Shown in pieces: positions 37,201 to 50,400 of a stretch of 64,000 bases of DNA. Source of the DNA: a virus (lineage: Duplodnaviria > Caudoviricetes); IMG/VR virus record IMGVR_UViG_3300021185_002017; one strand, written 5' to 3'. The number at the start of each line of letters is the position of its first letter. Positions within the stretch are counted from its first letter, which is position 1. The notes beneath the pieces are model-generated. The model was not told the origin of the DNA, made no database searches, and saw only the letters and a list, made by a program, of their open reading frames with translations. Made by a program: the position numbers and the translations under genes.

Positions 37201-38408
37201 TTGTTAATTATAAGAATTCAAAAGAAAAGTTAGATGCTAGTATTGACTGGAATGTAGTAGAGCCTGTTAAATATAACGACGGCTACACAGACAATAGAAA
37301 AGTTGTTGTTGCACCAGTTGACACTGACGGTGACTTAGTGCCTAACAAACCATTACAGTTTAGAGACTTTGTTGGTCCAACAGATTTAGTATTTTTCGAA
37401 TACTACACTGACTACGATGGTTATAGTTATTCAAGACCAGTAGCAGGTAACATTGTAGATTACCGTACAGAAGAAACAGTCACAACAGACTTTGCTGCCT
37501 CTGGTGGCGGCACACTTACAAACGGCGACGGACAAAAAGTTGAATCATTATTAACAACAGATATACTTGTAGTTAAAGGCATTGACAAACTGCCAGCAAG
37601 TATAGAAGGTAGTTTAGGCGATACTGCTATTACAAATGCAACAGGTTTAGTTGTATATGATTTCACAGCAGATAAGATTTATCAATTAATAATGAACAGT
37701 AACGGTTCAGCAGTTATACCTGTAGAGTCAACAGACTACTATGTAAGAAATGGTAGATCAGCAGGACAGAACACTGCATTGATTGACAATGATGAAATTA
37801 TAATTAAGTGGAAACATGTTGCACCTAAAGATGTGCGAATAGATCCAAGCATTAGTAATGTTGTAGAAATGTTAGTTTTAACAAACAACTACCATGACGA
37901 GATACAAAAATATAAAAATGTACCAGGAACAGAGTTTCCATTATCACCAACACCTGCACAATTGTCTACAGAGTTTGCAAAACTAGACGAATTTAAGAGT
38001 GCAAGTGATTCGTTGATTTATAAGAGTGCAGAATTTAAATTATTGTTTGGCACAGATGCCGAACCAGCGAACCAGGCTAAATTTAGAATTGTTAAGTTAG
38101 CAGGTTCTACTATGAGCGACAATGAAATTAAAAGTAAAGTGATTTCAGCATTTAACACATTCTTCTCAATTGAAAATTGGGAGTTTGGCGAAACATTTTA
38201 CTTCACAGAGTTGAGTAGTTATGTCCATCAACGATTGGGCAGTAACATAGGTAGTATTGTTATTATTCCTAAAAACAGTGCAGGGTCTTTTGGAGACTTA
38301 TTCCAAATTAAAGCAGACCCACATGAAATGTTCTTGAACACTGCTAAGGTTAGTGATATAGAAATCGTTGAGAAAATAAACTCTCAAACACTTAGAGCTG
38401 ATAGGTAA
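34206..38408 (+). CDS. gp6: Baseplate wedge protein, gp6-like (1400 aa)
   Basis: YDFDTIR...DYIESSEFIAIIELLAY...ENFLETAERRDSVFKLARQLGY; ETLTAIKQRAPQVYYTQNRMVSAQDY. Confidence 0.88.
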   Translation: MALVNRQNNLFAAEDWKVAYKAYSEVNFQAYDFDTIRSALVEYVRVNYPETFNDYIESSEFIAIIELLAYLSQSLTFRMDLNSRENFLETAERRDSVFKLARQLGYNPRRNIPARGLMKIVAVRTNEPITDSLGNELNNTNIFWDDANNADSYEQFITILNSAMNSSNRFSTPTKSGMIDGIQTDLYEINSPLTAPLAYDFDLTVSGVPRTFQVVNPTFKQGTFEELHPDKLNNFNLVYRNDGTGISSVNSGFFVMFKQGRLQSSDFNYSDPIQSRTQEINIQNINETDVFVQEIDGTGATLAKWTQIPNTVGQTLNYNDLAFGVRTLYAVENLNNAGIKIRYPDGNFGDLPFGTFRTYYRTSDPESFALAPEDARNIKVTIPYQNEAGVSFNLTVTFSLQETVNNSLAPETLTAIKQRAPQVYYTQNRMVSAQDYNIFPFSQTTNILKLKAINKTHAGHSRYIDINDPTGTFQNLETFANDGSLYIEDVPGTTGITISDDNTVAAVVNFTIPQILKDRNLNNFVYEQYRDTSELYDINRFSLDTKNAIWKSLPVVLGESATGYFHETISSGDSTVDVLDRQFKYEGGVNDGVRPFRMFTENNFIKFIDPDDATKYAWARITGVANDGKLHSGLTTATGPISLSTPVQDGWKAAEYIATMRKVLVTSEVAAVSAEMAAKRSFGMGYDSDVDEWYIIQYQNLDKTGKWSLNNARSNNGVQLDSSWLLLFDYSAIDSLTYKYVVSLRGQQYVVQSKNDLKFYNINNVKVADSSNQSSRDLIQFTTLNSKPGSAEVFTWAPATAGLANRWVSDETGEKYTPNSYDPGIPLRTRSAKWHDIDIDYLTSGGIYRDGNSTANVFVNSTTVSLNTYFDDGYLGSPTTSNVTIANNSGKINSLPSNITIPFNNTTFGYNILSGLGEVVYRDYNTGTSRDETFRANVTLGTYSYGPTDSSNTGVTGRILLANANVTAETGNLIITNMFANKYTNAADATGQITQDRIVVNYKNSKEKLDASIDWNVVEPVKYNDGYTDNRKVVVAPVDTDGDLVPNKPLQFRDFVGPTDLVFFEYYTDYDGYSYSRPVAGNIVDYRTEETVTTDFAASGGGTLTNGDGQKVESLLTTDILVVKGIDKLPASIEGSLGDTAITNATGLVVYDFTADKIYQLIMNSNGSAVIPVESTDYYVRNGRSAGQNTALIDNDEIIIKWKHVAPKDVRIDPSISNVVEMLVLTNNYHDEIQKYKNVPGTEFPLSPTPAQLSTEFAKLDEFKSASDSLIYKSAEFKLLFGTDAEPANQAKFRIVKLAGSTMSDNEIKSKVISAFNTFFSIENWEFGETFYFTELSSYVHQRLGSNIGSIVIIPKNSAGSFGDLFQIKADPHEMFLNTAKVSDIEIVEKINSQTLRADR

Positions 38409-38416
38409 AGGAAAGT

Positions 38417-41400
38417 ATGTCAGATAAAATTGTAAAACAGTTACCGGTAGTACTGCAAACTAAAGCCGTAAGAAATTTCTTCGAGGCTACAGTTGAACAA
38501 TTATACAGTGAGGCTAATACAGTTCCACTGGCAGGATTCATTGGTAAGAAAACAGGCGATGACGCTAAACTTCAGGGTGCATTCATCAAAGAAGATAATG
38601 CAGACAGACGCCAATACAATTTAACTCCTGCTGTTAACAATATTAATCCAGTTACTGGTGACAGTGAAAACTTAATCTTTTACGATGAATTCATTGACAC
38701 ATTAAAAGTCTATGGAGTAAACACTAGCAACCACAACAAATTATTTGGTAGTCGTTATAGATCATTTGTTCCGCCAATAGACATAGATAAGTTTGTAAAC
38801 TACCAAGAATACTACTGGCATCCTGCAGGACTTGATGCTTTAGAAATTGGTGCTGATAATCAGGCTCCTTTAAACTTAGAAAAAGATGTTTTAGGTAAAA
38901 AAGAATTTACATACGATGGCACTACATTCCGTAATGGAATGACTGTTATATTTGCAGACTCTGGATTTACTATTCCTGCAAATGCAACAACACTGCCTAT
39001 AAAAGCCGGCATTGCATATATTGTACAAGGTGTAGGTACTGGCATTAAATTAGTTGAAAAGAGTATAACAAGTAGCACAGAGTATGGCGGTGCAAACCTT
39101 GCAGAACCAGATTATATTATACAGCAACGAGGTGCCGCAAATAAAAATGCATGGAGCAGAGTTAACCACTGGTACCACAGAGACAACTTTTTAGAAGCAG
39201 GTGATGAGTTACCTGACAGAGCTCATCGTGCTAAAAGACCAATTATAGAATTTGATGCAGACTTAGAATTATTTGATCACGGTACTACAAGTTACGGCGA
39301 ACCAACAGTAAATGTTACAGGTATTGTTAGAGCTGACATTGAGAACCAACCAACTAAGCACATTGATACTAGAGAATTACGAGACGGTGATGTACTTTTA
39401 TTCTTAAACGAGGACGAAGATGCTAAAAGATTCTTGTACACTGTTAGTGGTGTAAACACAGGTATAGTTTTAATACCTACAAGTAGTACACCTATTGCAG
39501 TTGGACAAACTGTAACAATAGCAGAAGGTAATGTGTTTAAAGGCATTGATTATATTTTCAATGGAACAGATTATGTACAAGCTCAAAGAAAAATAAAAAC
39601 AAACCAAGCACCGTTATTTAATTTATATGACGATGCAGGAAATGCATTAAACCACAATGGACTTTACAATAACAGCGACTTTGCTGGTAATAAGATTTTT
39701 GGGTATAAAGAAGGCGTAGGTGTAAAAGACACAGAGCTAGGTTTTCCTTTAACTTATACACCTTACAAATCCGTTAGTGAAATAACATTTGAAAACTATA
39801 TTCACACTGATAGATCTCAGTATACTCCGTTTGGTACTCATACTGCTAAAACAGTTTTAGGCACTTACTATTACAAGTTATTAAAAGATGTACCAGAGTA
39901 TCATTCTTCTTTTAAAGAAAGTAAAATTAGAAACGAGCAGTGTGTTATTACAACACATTATATAACTCAGTTTGATGTAGACGACAACAAGTTAATATAT
40001 AACATTGGAGCAACACCTGATATCTTAGTATCTAGATCAAGTGGATATGATATCTTAGTTAAAGTTAACGGCTCTATTGTAACAGACTATACTTATGTTG
40101 CACCAACTGATATTAAATTTAATACATTTACTTTTAAGCCAGGTGATGTAATTGATGTTGAGGTAGGAACCGCAACGGGCATATCTAAAATTACAGACAG
40201 TAGATATGATTTACCTCTAAGTTGGAGATCAAATCCATACAACAAAGAAATTGAATTAGTTGCTGAACCTGACTATATGTCTCACTTTAAGAGATACATT
40301 GAAAGACAGGATGGCTTTACTGGTAGTGCATTAGGTTCTAACAACTTTGCAAGTACAGCAAAAGAGATTGTACATGCTAAAGACATTGTACAAACAGATC
40401 AAGATTTAATGGTTGCGGCATTTGCATTAGATGACCAGCCACATAACTTAGTTGATGCTCTAAGATTTACAGCAAGAGAATACGAAAAGTTTAGAGCAAG
40501 ACTAATAAAAGAAATTAATCAGTATTACGAAAGATTTGATACTGCTAACTTATCAAAAGAATATATATTAGAACAAGCACTAAGAAGTCTAATTTCTTTC
40601 AGCATAGGCAAAGATATATTTGGAACATCCTATGTATTGCCTTTTGGTGATAACTACCTCAAACAAGAATTTGATGTAGCAGATATTAATTCAACAGTTT
40701 ATGTGCTTGACGACTATGCAGACTTAGATGAAATTACTAACAGTCTATTAGTTTATCATGTTACAGCAGCAACAAATACACAAGACTTGTTAACTGTTGA
40801 ATCAGATTACACTATTTCAAGTGTTAACCCTATAACAATAACTGTTACAAAACAATTAGAATTAGGTGATTCTATTGTAACTAAACTGTACGATAAAGAT
40901 AGAGACAGTGCAGAATGTCCTGCTACTCCTAGTACATTAGGCTTATACACTTTATGTAGACCTCGAGTAGAAACAGATAACAGTTTTAAAACTCCACAGC
41001 AATTATTGATTGGACACGATTGCAGTAAAACACTTCTCCAAGGCGATATCAGAGATGAGATATTATTAGAGTTTGAAATAAGATTATATAATTCAGCAGC
41101 TCAACAATTTAGATCAACAGATAGTTTCCCTAGATTAAATGTTGGAGATGTGCGTTCGGGTGCATTTAGATCAACTAATCAATCTCCAAGAGAATATGCT
41201 GACTTATTGAGAAACAGTTTTACAAACTGGACTAAATCATCTAATGTTGATTATTCAACAAATGAATTTTATGATGCTAACGATACACTTACATGGAACT
41301 ACCGAGGCGAGCAAGACTTGCCAGGACACTGGAGAGGCTGGTTTGAATACTATTACGACACAGTAAGACCTCATACACATCCATGGGAAATGCTAGGCTT

Positions 41401-44400
41401 TTATGAAGAGCCAACATGGTGGGTATCAGAGTACGGCACTAACTACACTATGACCAACGAGGTTATGTGGAAAGATTTAGAACAAGGTATTATTAGACAA
41501 GGCGACAGAGAAAACTTTGTTAACGGCGATTACTTAACAGATAATCCATGGCGTAGAATTGGCTTACTTAATTTATTGCCAGTGGACACTACTAATGTAT
41601 TACTATCACCAGGACAAATTACTGGTACAGGTAGTACAACGAAAACAGAAACATGGACAAACTTGCGTCCAAGTAGCAGTTTAGTATCTGACGCTTTTAG
41701 AGATATAGCAGGTACAAATAACTTACCTAATGGTATTAATATAACATACGGTTCTTCAAGTTCTTTGAGAGTACTGTTTGATGCGTTTGATGTTGGTAAT
41801 GTTTCTAGTAAAGCACAGGCAGGAACATTTTGGGATTACGATGGAACAATTGGCGGTGCTAGTTCATTAACACAATATGCCACAGGTTTCCAAGAAGGAT
41901 TTGACGGATTTGAAACTCCGTATATTTTTGTTGAAGATATTACAACTCGTAAGACTTATCAACTTTATAACTACACAGCGGTAAACTTAACTGACCCCGG
42001 TGAGATTATACGAGAAGAAAATGTACTTGTAGCAGATACTACAATAGGACTTACTTCAACAGGTACGCCTTTACTTAATGTAAGTAATGTAAGTTCTTGG
42101 CAAGATGAAGATGCTTGGCATTATTCTAACACTTTTAGAAACAATGCAAACGGCAACGGAACATATTTTATTGAACCTGAACATGCAGGACTCACAGAGT
42201 GGGACAAAACAGAACACTCACCTATAGTGGGTTGGGCCTTTGACGGCTTACCTATTTACGGACCGTACGGTTATAATCGTTATGCCACTGACGGAACGCT
42301 AGTAGGCGTAGATGCTAATGACGCTATTACCCCGATTAAAAGTGCATTTGAATTAAGAACTGGTCAAAGAAGTTCAGGTCCTTTAGGAATTTACACAGGT
42401 GAGTTTGTAGAGGATTATACTTATAATGTATCACTTGGTGGTACTGCAGGATATGTAGGACACTCACAAAAAGGTGGTATTGCAAAATATAACATGCGTT
42501 GGGGTGTAACACCAGAAAGTCCTGACACACCTATTTACTTTTATGTTGCTACAATAGACACCAATGAACAACCTATGTTCCCTTATGCAATTGGTGGAAC
42601 ACAAACTGCGTCTCCTACAATTTTTGAACCGCATTATTATGCTGCTCCAGTTGAGCAAGAAGCAAACAACAATGGTTCAATTGTGGGCTCTGGTGAAATA
42701 GTTGCAGTATCAAGTTCACTGGTTATTACGCCTAGTACTACAGCATCGTTGATTAATAATCCATGGAGATTTGGTGATGGTGCTCCTGTAGAGAATGCAT
42801 GGAAGTACAGTGTAAATTATCCTTTTGCAGTAACAGAAGCATTACTATTATCACAACCAGGAAGATTTGTAACATTATTCTCTGATCCGTTGAGAAATAC
42901 TTCTCCGGTACTACAGCCAAATAAGATTATTAATACTGTAGACAGAACACCGTTTGATTTTAGAAATGAAAATCACTTTGGTATACACGGTTCTGTAAAC
43001 TCAGCAGGTGATGTTGTTACTAATGTTGGCTACTCACAGTTTATACACAGTTGGCTAACATATCAAAATTTAAATACAACAACTGATTTTGCTGACAAAC
43101 TTAAAAATGTAAATATAAAATTAGCACACAGGGTTGCTGGCTTCACTGACAAAGATACATTAATAGTTAAAGCAGATCAGCAAGGACTAACATCTACAAC
43201 AAATAGTTTAATTATACCATCAGAAAATGTTGATGTTGTTGTACATGCTTCACCTTATAAAAATAGAAATTTCTACACAGGACTTACAGTAGAAAAAACA
43301 CCAGATGGATACAAAGTAAGAGGCTACGATAAAAACGCAGGATACTTTAATGTATTAAGAAGAAATAAAACTGGTGCAACTACCTCAGTGGAAGTAGGTG
43401 GCGATGCTGTAGACTTTGTAAATTGGGAACCTCTAGTTTCCTACCAAAAGAATACTATAGTTTCTTATAACAATGGTTATTATCAAGCACCAACACTAGT
43501 TACAAGTACACAAACTTTTACTCCTTCTTTGTGGAATAGACTTCCTAGTTTGCCACAAACAGGTTCCGTAAAAGGTGTTCTTTTCTTAGACGATCTTCCT
43601 TATATTGATAGAGTAGATTATCAAACAGAATTTACTACTTTCCAAGAAGTTGTTGATCTCATTGTGGGATTAGGTGCATACCAAGAATCAATTGGTTATA
43701 ACTTTGGCGACTTCGACACAGAGATTGCTGATGTTAGAAACTGGAACTATGTTGTTAAGCAATTCTTGTTCTGGGTAGCAGGCGGCTGGGAAAACAATAA
43801 CACAATTGATCTAAGTCCGTTAGCAAGTAATGTGAAATTTACTAGCACAACAGGAATGGTTGCAGAAATTAAACGTGTAGATAAAAATCAATTTACACTT
43901 ATCGACCAAGACGGCAGAGCAATACAACCATCAGAGTGCGAAATTGTTAGAGAAGGCAACACAATAGAAATTGCACCGCCAGAAGGTATACAAATTTATG
44001 GTGCAATGTTGTTCACTAAAGAAATTGAACATGCACTAGTATTTGACAATGTAACAGAATTTAATGATACACTATTTGATCCTGTTTACAATCAAGGACA
44101 AACAAGATTTAAAATTAAAGGTAAGAGAACTGCAAACTGGAGTGGTTTGTTTAGTTCAGAAGGCTTTATTATCCAGGGCGACGAATTAAGACCTAACTTA
44201 GATAATATGGCACAAAGTTTAGGGCGTTATCACGAACTAGGCTTTATACCAGTTGAAAAACAAATATACGAACAAGCTCGTGGTTTGTTTGGATATCAAG
44301 AAAGAGAATATCTAAACAACTTAGAATTAGAAGATGATGATCAGTTTGAATTCTTTAAAGGTATGCTACAAAGCAAAGGTACACTACCTAGTTTAAGTAA

Positions 44401-47400
44401 ACTATCTAAGAGTAAAAATATTATCTCAGGCGATATGGCTGTTTATGACGAGTGGGCTATTAAAGTAGGCGACTTTGGTGATTTAGAAAATGATCAAAGT
44501 ATTGAACTTAAACTAGTTAAGAGTGATGTTAAACATGATCCTCAATTAATTACATTAGCCTTCCCTGAAGATACAACAGGTACAATTGAACAAGTTGATA
44601 TAATTAGCACAGAGCATACATACTTTGAAGCACCAACTATTGAAATTGCACCACCTGTTCCTACAGCAAATAATGTCTCAAATAGAACACAGGCAACTGC
44701 TACAGCATTATTAGGTGCTGATGGTACATTGGGTGCTATTAATGTTACTTATGGTGGTACAGGATATACTACAGCGGCAGCAAGATTAAATGTTGTTGCA
44801 GGTAATATATCAATAGCAAATGTAAGTACACAATTTGCAACAAGTATAGCCGCAAGTACAGATCCTGTATTAGACACTGCTATTTCTGGATTGTCATTAA
44901 CAAACTTAAATATTACAGCAGTAGCTGCAGGTTCAAGTAATGCAAACATTGCTGTGTCATTAGATGTAAGCAGTATTACTAGTTTAGCAAACATTGCTAC
45001 AATTGTCAACGAAAACGCAACAATTAATTCTCATATTACTGCAAACACAGTTGAAAGTAAAATTCAAGTAGGTACTAACATTGTTAGACAAAGTATATTA
45101 ACACTTGAAGGCACAGACTTTATATTAGCAGAAGCAGGTAGTACACTATCAGGACTTAATTTAGTTGCAGGTAGATATCAACCTAAACAAAGATATTCAA
45201 TTGCAGCAGTTGGCGATCATCCTACAAAAGGCACAGGTGCAACTACAGCAAATGACATCACTGTAAAAGTAAACGATGCAGTAGTTAATTCTACATACTG
45301 GACATATGATGCTGGTAGCAGACAAATAATTCCGTTTAAGATAGCAACATCTAATGCATCTTTAGGAGATCAGAACGCATCAAGAACAACTGTAATTAGA
45401 GGTAATGTTACTGTTCCTCTAAATGATCCTATAAGTTCAGACAACATAGAGAAAGTAGACAACATCTCATATCCTTATGCATCTGTGTTTGTAAACGGCG
45501 AGCAAATAAGAAATTACCCAGGTGATCAAAGATTTGATCTTACTACAACTGATCTAACACTTTACGATGTAGACAGATTAGCAGACAGCGGCATTTCGAA
45601 TGATGCAAATGTTTTTGTATTAGAAAGACCTACTGTTGAATTTGCTCCATCATATTTTGATGATAAGGCTGGTGCAAGTTTAAATATTAAAGTATCTACA
45701 AATGATAATATTGCTGTAACTACTGGTATTAAACGATTACACGAAATTACACCAGATATAAAAACAGACGATACTATATTAATTGACATTGATGATACTA
45801 CAAGATTCCTCAAGAAGCCAATTGGTGAAAGACAAGAAAGTTTATGGCCAACTACTTCTTATGTAAATGCTAAAGGTATAACTGATTCTAAATACACACA
45901 AATTCCAAATGCTGGTTATGTAAACAGTACAACAGTTGACTTTAGTAGTTTTGATGTTCCTAGCATTGGACAAATGTTTAGAAACGAAATAGTAATACAT
46001 CCTGAAAAAGATGATTTAGTGCATGTTGCTGTAGCAGAAAACGAAGACTGGAATGTTTATAAGTTTAAAGAATTTGCAAGTGTTGTACAGTTTGTTGAGC
46101 AAGAAGAAAACGATTTAACTGCACATTTATATACAACTGATTCTCTATTCTCTAAAACAACAGATGAAAACCAAATAGCCAGTGGCATAGATTCAACTAG
46201 ATTCTTAGATTACCATATTGCAATTAAAGATGCAATTGTAGACAACAAGTTTGTTGTTTGGGTTAACGAACAAGTAGTAAATCAGAAGCAAGTAAGATTA
46301 AGTAATATTACAGCGACTCCTATGATCGAGTCTACTGTTTCAAGTATAGGACCAAATAACAATTTAGCAATTACAAATATCTCATCTGGTATTAGTAGTT
46401 TTGCAATAGGCACAGCAGTACCTGCAGGAGATGGAACAGGAACAGTAACAGTTACTACTGACATTCAGATGTTAGATAGTGCTATTGGTGGCACAGTAGG
46501 ATTTGCTACAGGTAATGTTACAACCGATGAAAGATATTTACACGGAAATTCATTTGTAGCATCTAATGTTAATATTGAAGCAGGCACATTTACAATCAAT
46601 GAGCCAAATATTGCTGGTACAATTCCTCCTGCTAACCTCACTGTTAGATACTTTAACAGAACAACAATCACAGCAGCAAATCACGGATTTGCATCTGGTG
46701 AGATGGTTAAAGTTGTTGCAGGAGCATATAGCGGTCAGTATTATGTAGAGGGTGCATCACAAAATACATTCATGATTGATACACCGTTTATCACAGGCGG
46801 ACCTACAACAGGTAATGTACTTCATCCAGAATTTAAGATTACAACAACCGAAGACCACGGAATTACAAATGATTACGCAGGTAAAAAGATTGCTGTACAT
46901 AACGCAGACCAAAGATTTTATAATGGCGTGTATCGTGTTAAAAACATACCAACATCAAATACTATTCTTGTTTGGAATAGTTTCCCTTTTGCAGATGAGG
47001 CAAATACTAATGTAAACGGAACACCAGCAACAACATGTGTTGTTACTACATTAGATCACGATGTTATATCTTTAAACAACTCAAGTATTAAGATAGATAA
47101 TATAAACAGTTTAGATGGTATGATTGATTCATTGAACGATGCGTTTGAAGCTCGTGGAGATTGGATTAGTCATGTAGGTAGTTTCCAAATGAGAATGCCT
47201 ATGCTTAAATTCCCAATGCAAGGCCCAGGCGGACTAACACCTAACCAAATAGGTGGTGCAACACCTCGAGTAACTAACTTCGGAAGTATTAGTAAAAAGA
47301 ATGTTAATTTTACAGGAGTTAAAACTGCAAGTCCTAGAAGAGCTCAAAAGATTGGATTTAACAAAAAGAAATACCCCGATGGGTTGAGAAGAGGCAAAAA

Positions 47401-50400
47401 AGTTAGACCTAGAACAGTATCATCTGGTGCCAGGACTATGCCGAGAACAACTACATTAAACACAACTTCGTTTAATCCAGTAATACCTAACATTGTTAGT
47501 AGTGGAATTGGAGCGGCTGTTTTCGCACAAGGCGGAGCAGGCATGGGAGGTAACGGCAAGCCAAATACAAGTATCGGCACTGGTTATAACAGTGGCGTAG
47601 GCTTACAACTTTCTCCAAACATAAATATTTCATCATTTTTAGGATTTGGACATCAGCAGAATCCACCTAGTGCAGTGCCTACACCACCTCCGTTAGGAGC
47701 TGCAGGTATGTTCAATAGGTTGATAACAGCAGTTAAGATAAAACCAAAGAAACAAACACCTATTAAACCTAATCCAAGTACAGGCTCACCTGTACTAACA
47801 GGAACAGCAGTGCATGTTGCACCACCACCTAAGTGTGGAGAATTAGTAATTCCAGTGCCACCGCCACCTCCTGTACCACCTAATCTTCCGCCAAACGGAG
47901 CAGACGATAAGTTTACAACAGCTCAGGATACACCTGTTTCAGGAAATGTATTAGCAAACGATACAGACCCTGAGGGCGATCCATTAACATCAGTTAACTT
48001 TACAGATCCTTCTTTTGGTACATTAAGTGGAACAACTACAAGTGGTGCGTTTACATATACACCAAATGCAGGATACGCAGGTACAGATGCATTCTTTTAT
48101 GACTCAACTGATGGTACTAATACTAATAAACAAAAAGTTACTATTGAGGTATCTGTTAATCCACCTAAGCCAACAATATACGAAAAGTGTGAATACCAAG
48201 AACAGTCTACATCAGCCAACAGAACAGGACATAGTGGACAGTACGATTACTGGACATACATGATTCCAGCATCCGGTCCTGTAAAAATTATAATGGACAT
48301 GTACAGTGCCGCTGATAGACTAGAGGCACATCAGGTAAATTCAAAAGGACAACAAACTGGAAAAGTACTAGTTAGTACTAGCAGTGGTGTAAGAAAAGCA
48401 TCAGATGCAGAAAAATCTAAACTAACATCAGGAAAGACTCAGACTCCACAACAAAGTTATCCTAACTTGAACCCAACAGGCAGAGGCGGTGCGTATGCTG
48501 GCCCAGGTTCATATACGCCAACTTATAATCCTACACTAACAGATTTCCGACAGGAAGGCGATAAGATTGCATACTGTGGTGTATTAGAGTTCAACTTTAA
48601 TCCTAATGCAGGTGGTAATTACTTAGTAGTTAAAGTTCGTAAGGACAGTAGTGTTTATAGATATATGATATGCTATCCAACTACTACTAACACAGGTAAT
48701 GCAATTCCTCCTAGCACACCAGCAGGTAACTATTCCGGTTCTAGTCAACCAGCACCATCATGGCATGGTTACAATAGTACTCCAACATATCAGCCAACTG
48801 GACAAGCAACTACAAAGCCAAAGAATACTGTAGGAGTTATTAATGTTAACCCTGGCTCCGGAGGCGGCGGCTGGAACAGAAATCAATTCTTAGGTTCAGT
48901 TACATATTCACATAACTATGGTGGATTCAGTGTTGCGCCTATGGCAGGTTACTCCCATGTTCCGAGTGTGTTTAAGAAAACAGTAAAAACTGTAAACCCA
49001 CAGAACATAGGCAGAGAAGCAGACTTAACTGATAATAGATATGTAAACAACACAATGCAACGAGTTTCAGGAGGAAGAATAATTCCTCTAAGTGCTCCTC
49101 CACAGCAACCTATTCAAATTGCTAATAGAGGAATCAATGGTCTCAATTTAAGTCAATACCCAGGTTCAAGTCATTTGGCTAACTCAGGTACAATGAAAAA
49201 TATCACAGTAGCACATCAAATACTACAAATAGCAAGTAGTAATTATGATCTACAGAATCTTTCAAACCCTGGTTCATCATCTGGATTTGGCACAGCAGGA
49301 ACAAACGGCTTTAACACAAACGGCACTAGTGGAGCAGGAGGCTCAGGTGTTGGCGGCTTTAATGATTCGTTTAATGGATTTACTACAAGTGTTGGCGGAA
49401 ACACAGCAGGCTTTAATAGAGCTGGAACAAATACTCCAGGTAGTACAAGTAACATTCCTGGATACAACGATGCGGTATTTACTACTACTCCTGCAGGACC
49501 TCCAACAATTATACCAGGTTCTGATATAGGTAATAATCCTTACATGGCAGGACTAGATCCAAATTCGTTTGGTAGAAGATTAACATCACCCGAAACATTA
49601 AATTCAGATGATGCACCAATTAACGAACTTATTGATTGGACACAAGATCCTGAAATAGAATTTACACCGAAAAAGAAAATTACTAATCCAGACGGAACAT
49701 TTACTTATGTACCAGATGGTCCACCAGCAAGAGCAAAAATTTCTAGACCTACACCAAGTGTATTATTTACAGAAGACGGTGTGGGAAATTTAACACCAGG
49801 TGACGAATTTATTATTAATAATAAAAAGATTACTATTCCGGCAGTTCCGGGTGCAGTGTTAAATGAAATTGAATGTAATGGTGGGTTTGGATATACAGCA
49901 TCAGGTACTTCAAGCAAAGGTCAAAGAGCAGTTAAAGTAAGTAGTTGTTCAGCAGCACCAATTACTGTTAGAGACGGTTGTAGAGGCGGAGCATACAAAG
50001 AAGTATTAGACTTCCACATTGTTAGAACTTTCCAACAATTGTCTGCTACAGCAGCACCATTCAACAGTCAAACAGATATGTCGGGCCTTACAAGTAGTAC
50101 ATCAGGCACACATGTTGCTGGCGTAACAAGTGCAACTGTAAGTACAACTACAACTAACTCAGGTAATACAATAACACAAACACCTACTATGACAACTAAC
50201 ACTGAGTTTACAGGTGGTAGTGGTTATGTTGTTGGCGATAGATTAAGAGTTGTAGGTGGTACACCAGTACCATCACCGTTTGGTAAACTACATGAATTAT
50301 GTGTTGAACTTCCAGGTGCATTCTATTCATCAGAGGCAAATGTTAAAGTATTTGTTGGTGACGGAACAACACCAGGTGCATCAGCCTCAGTTGGTTCTGT

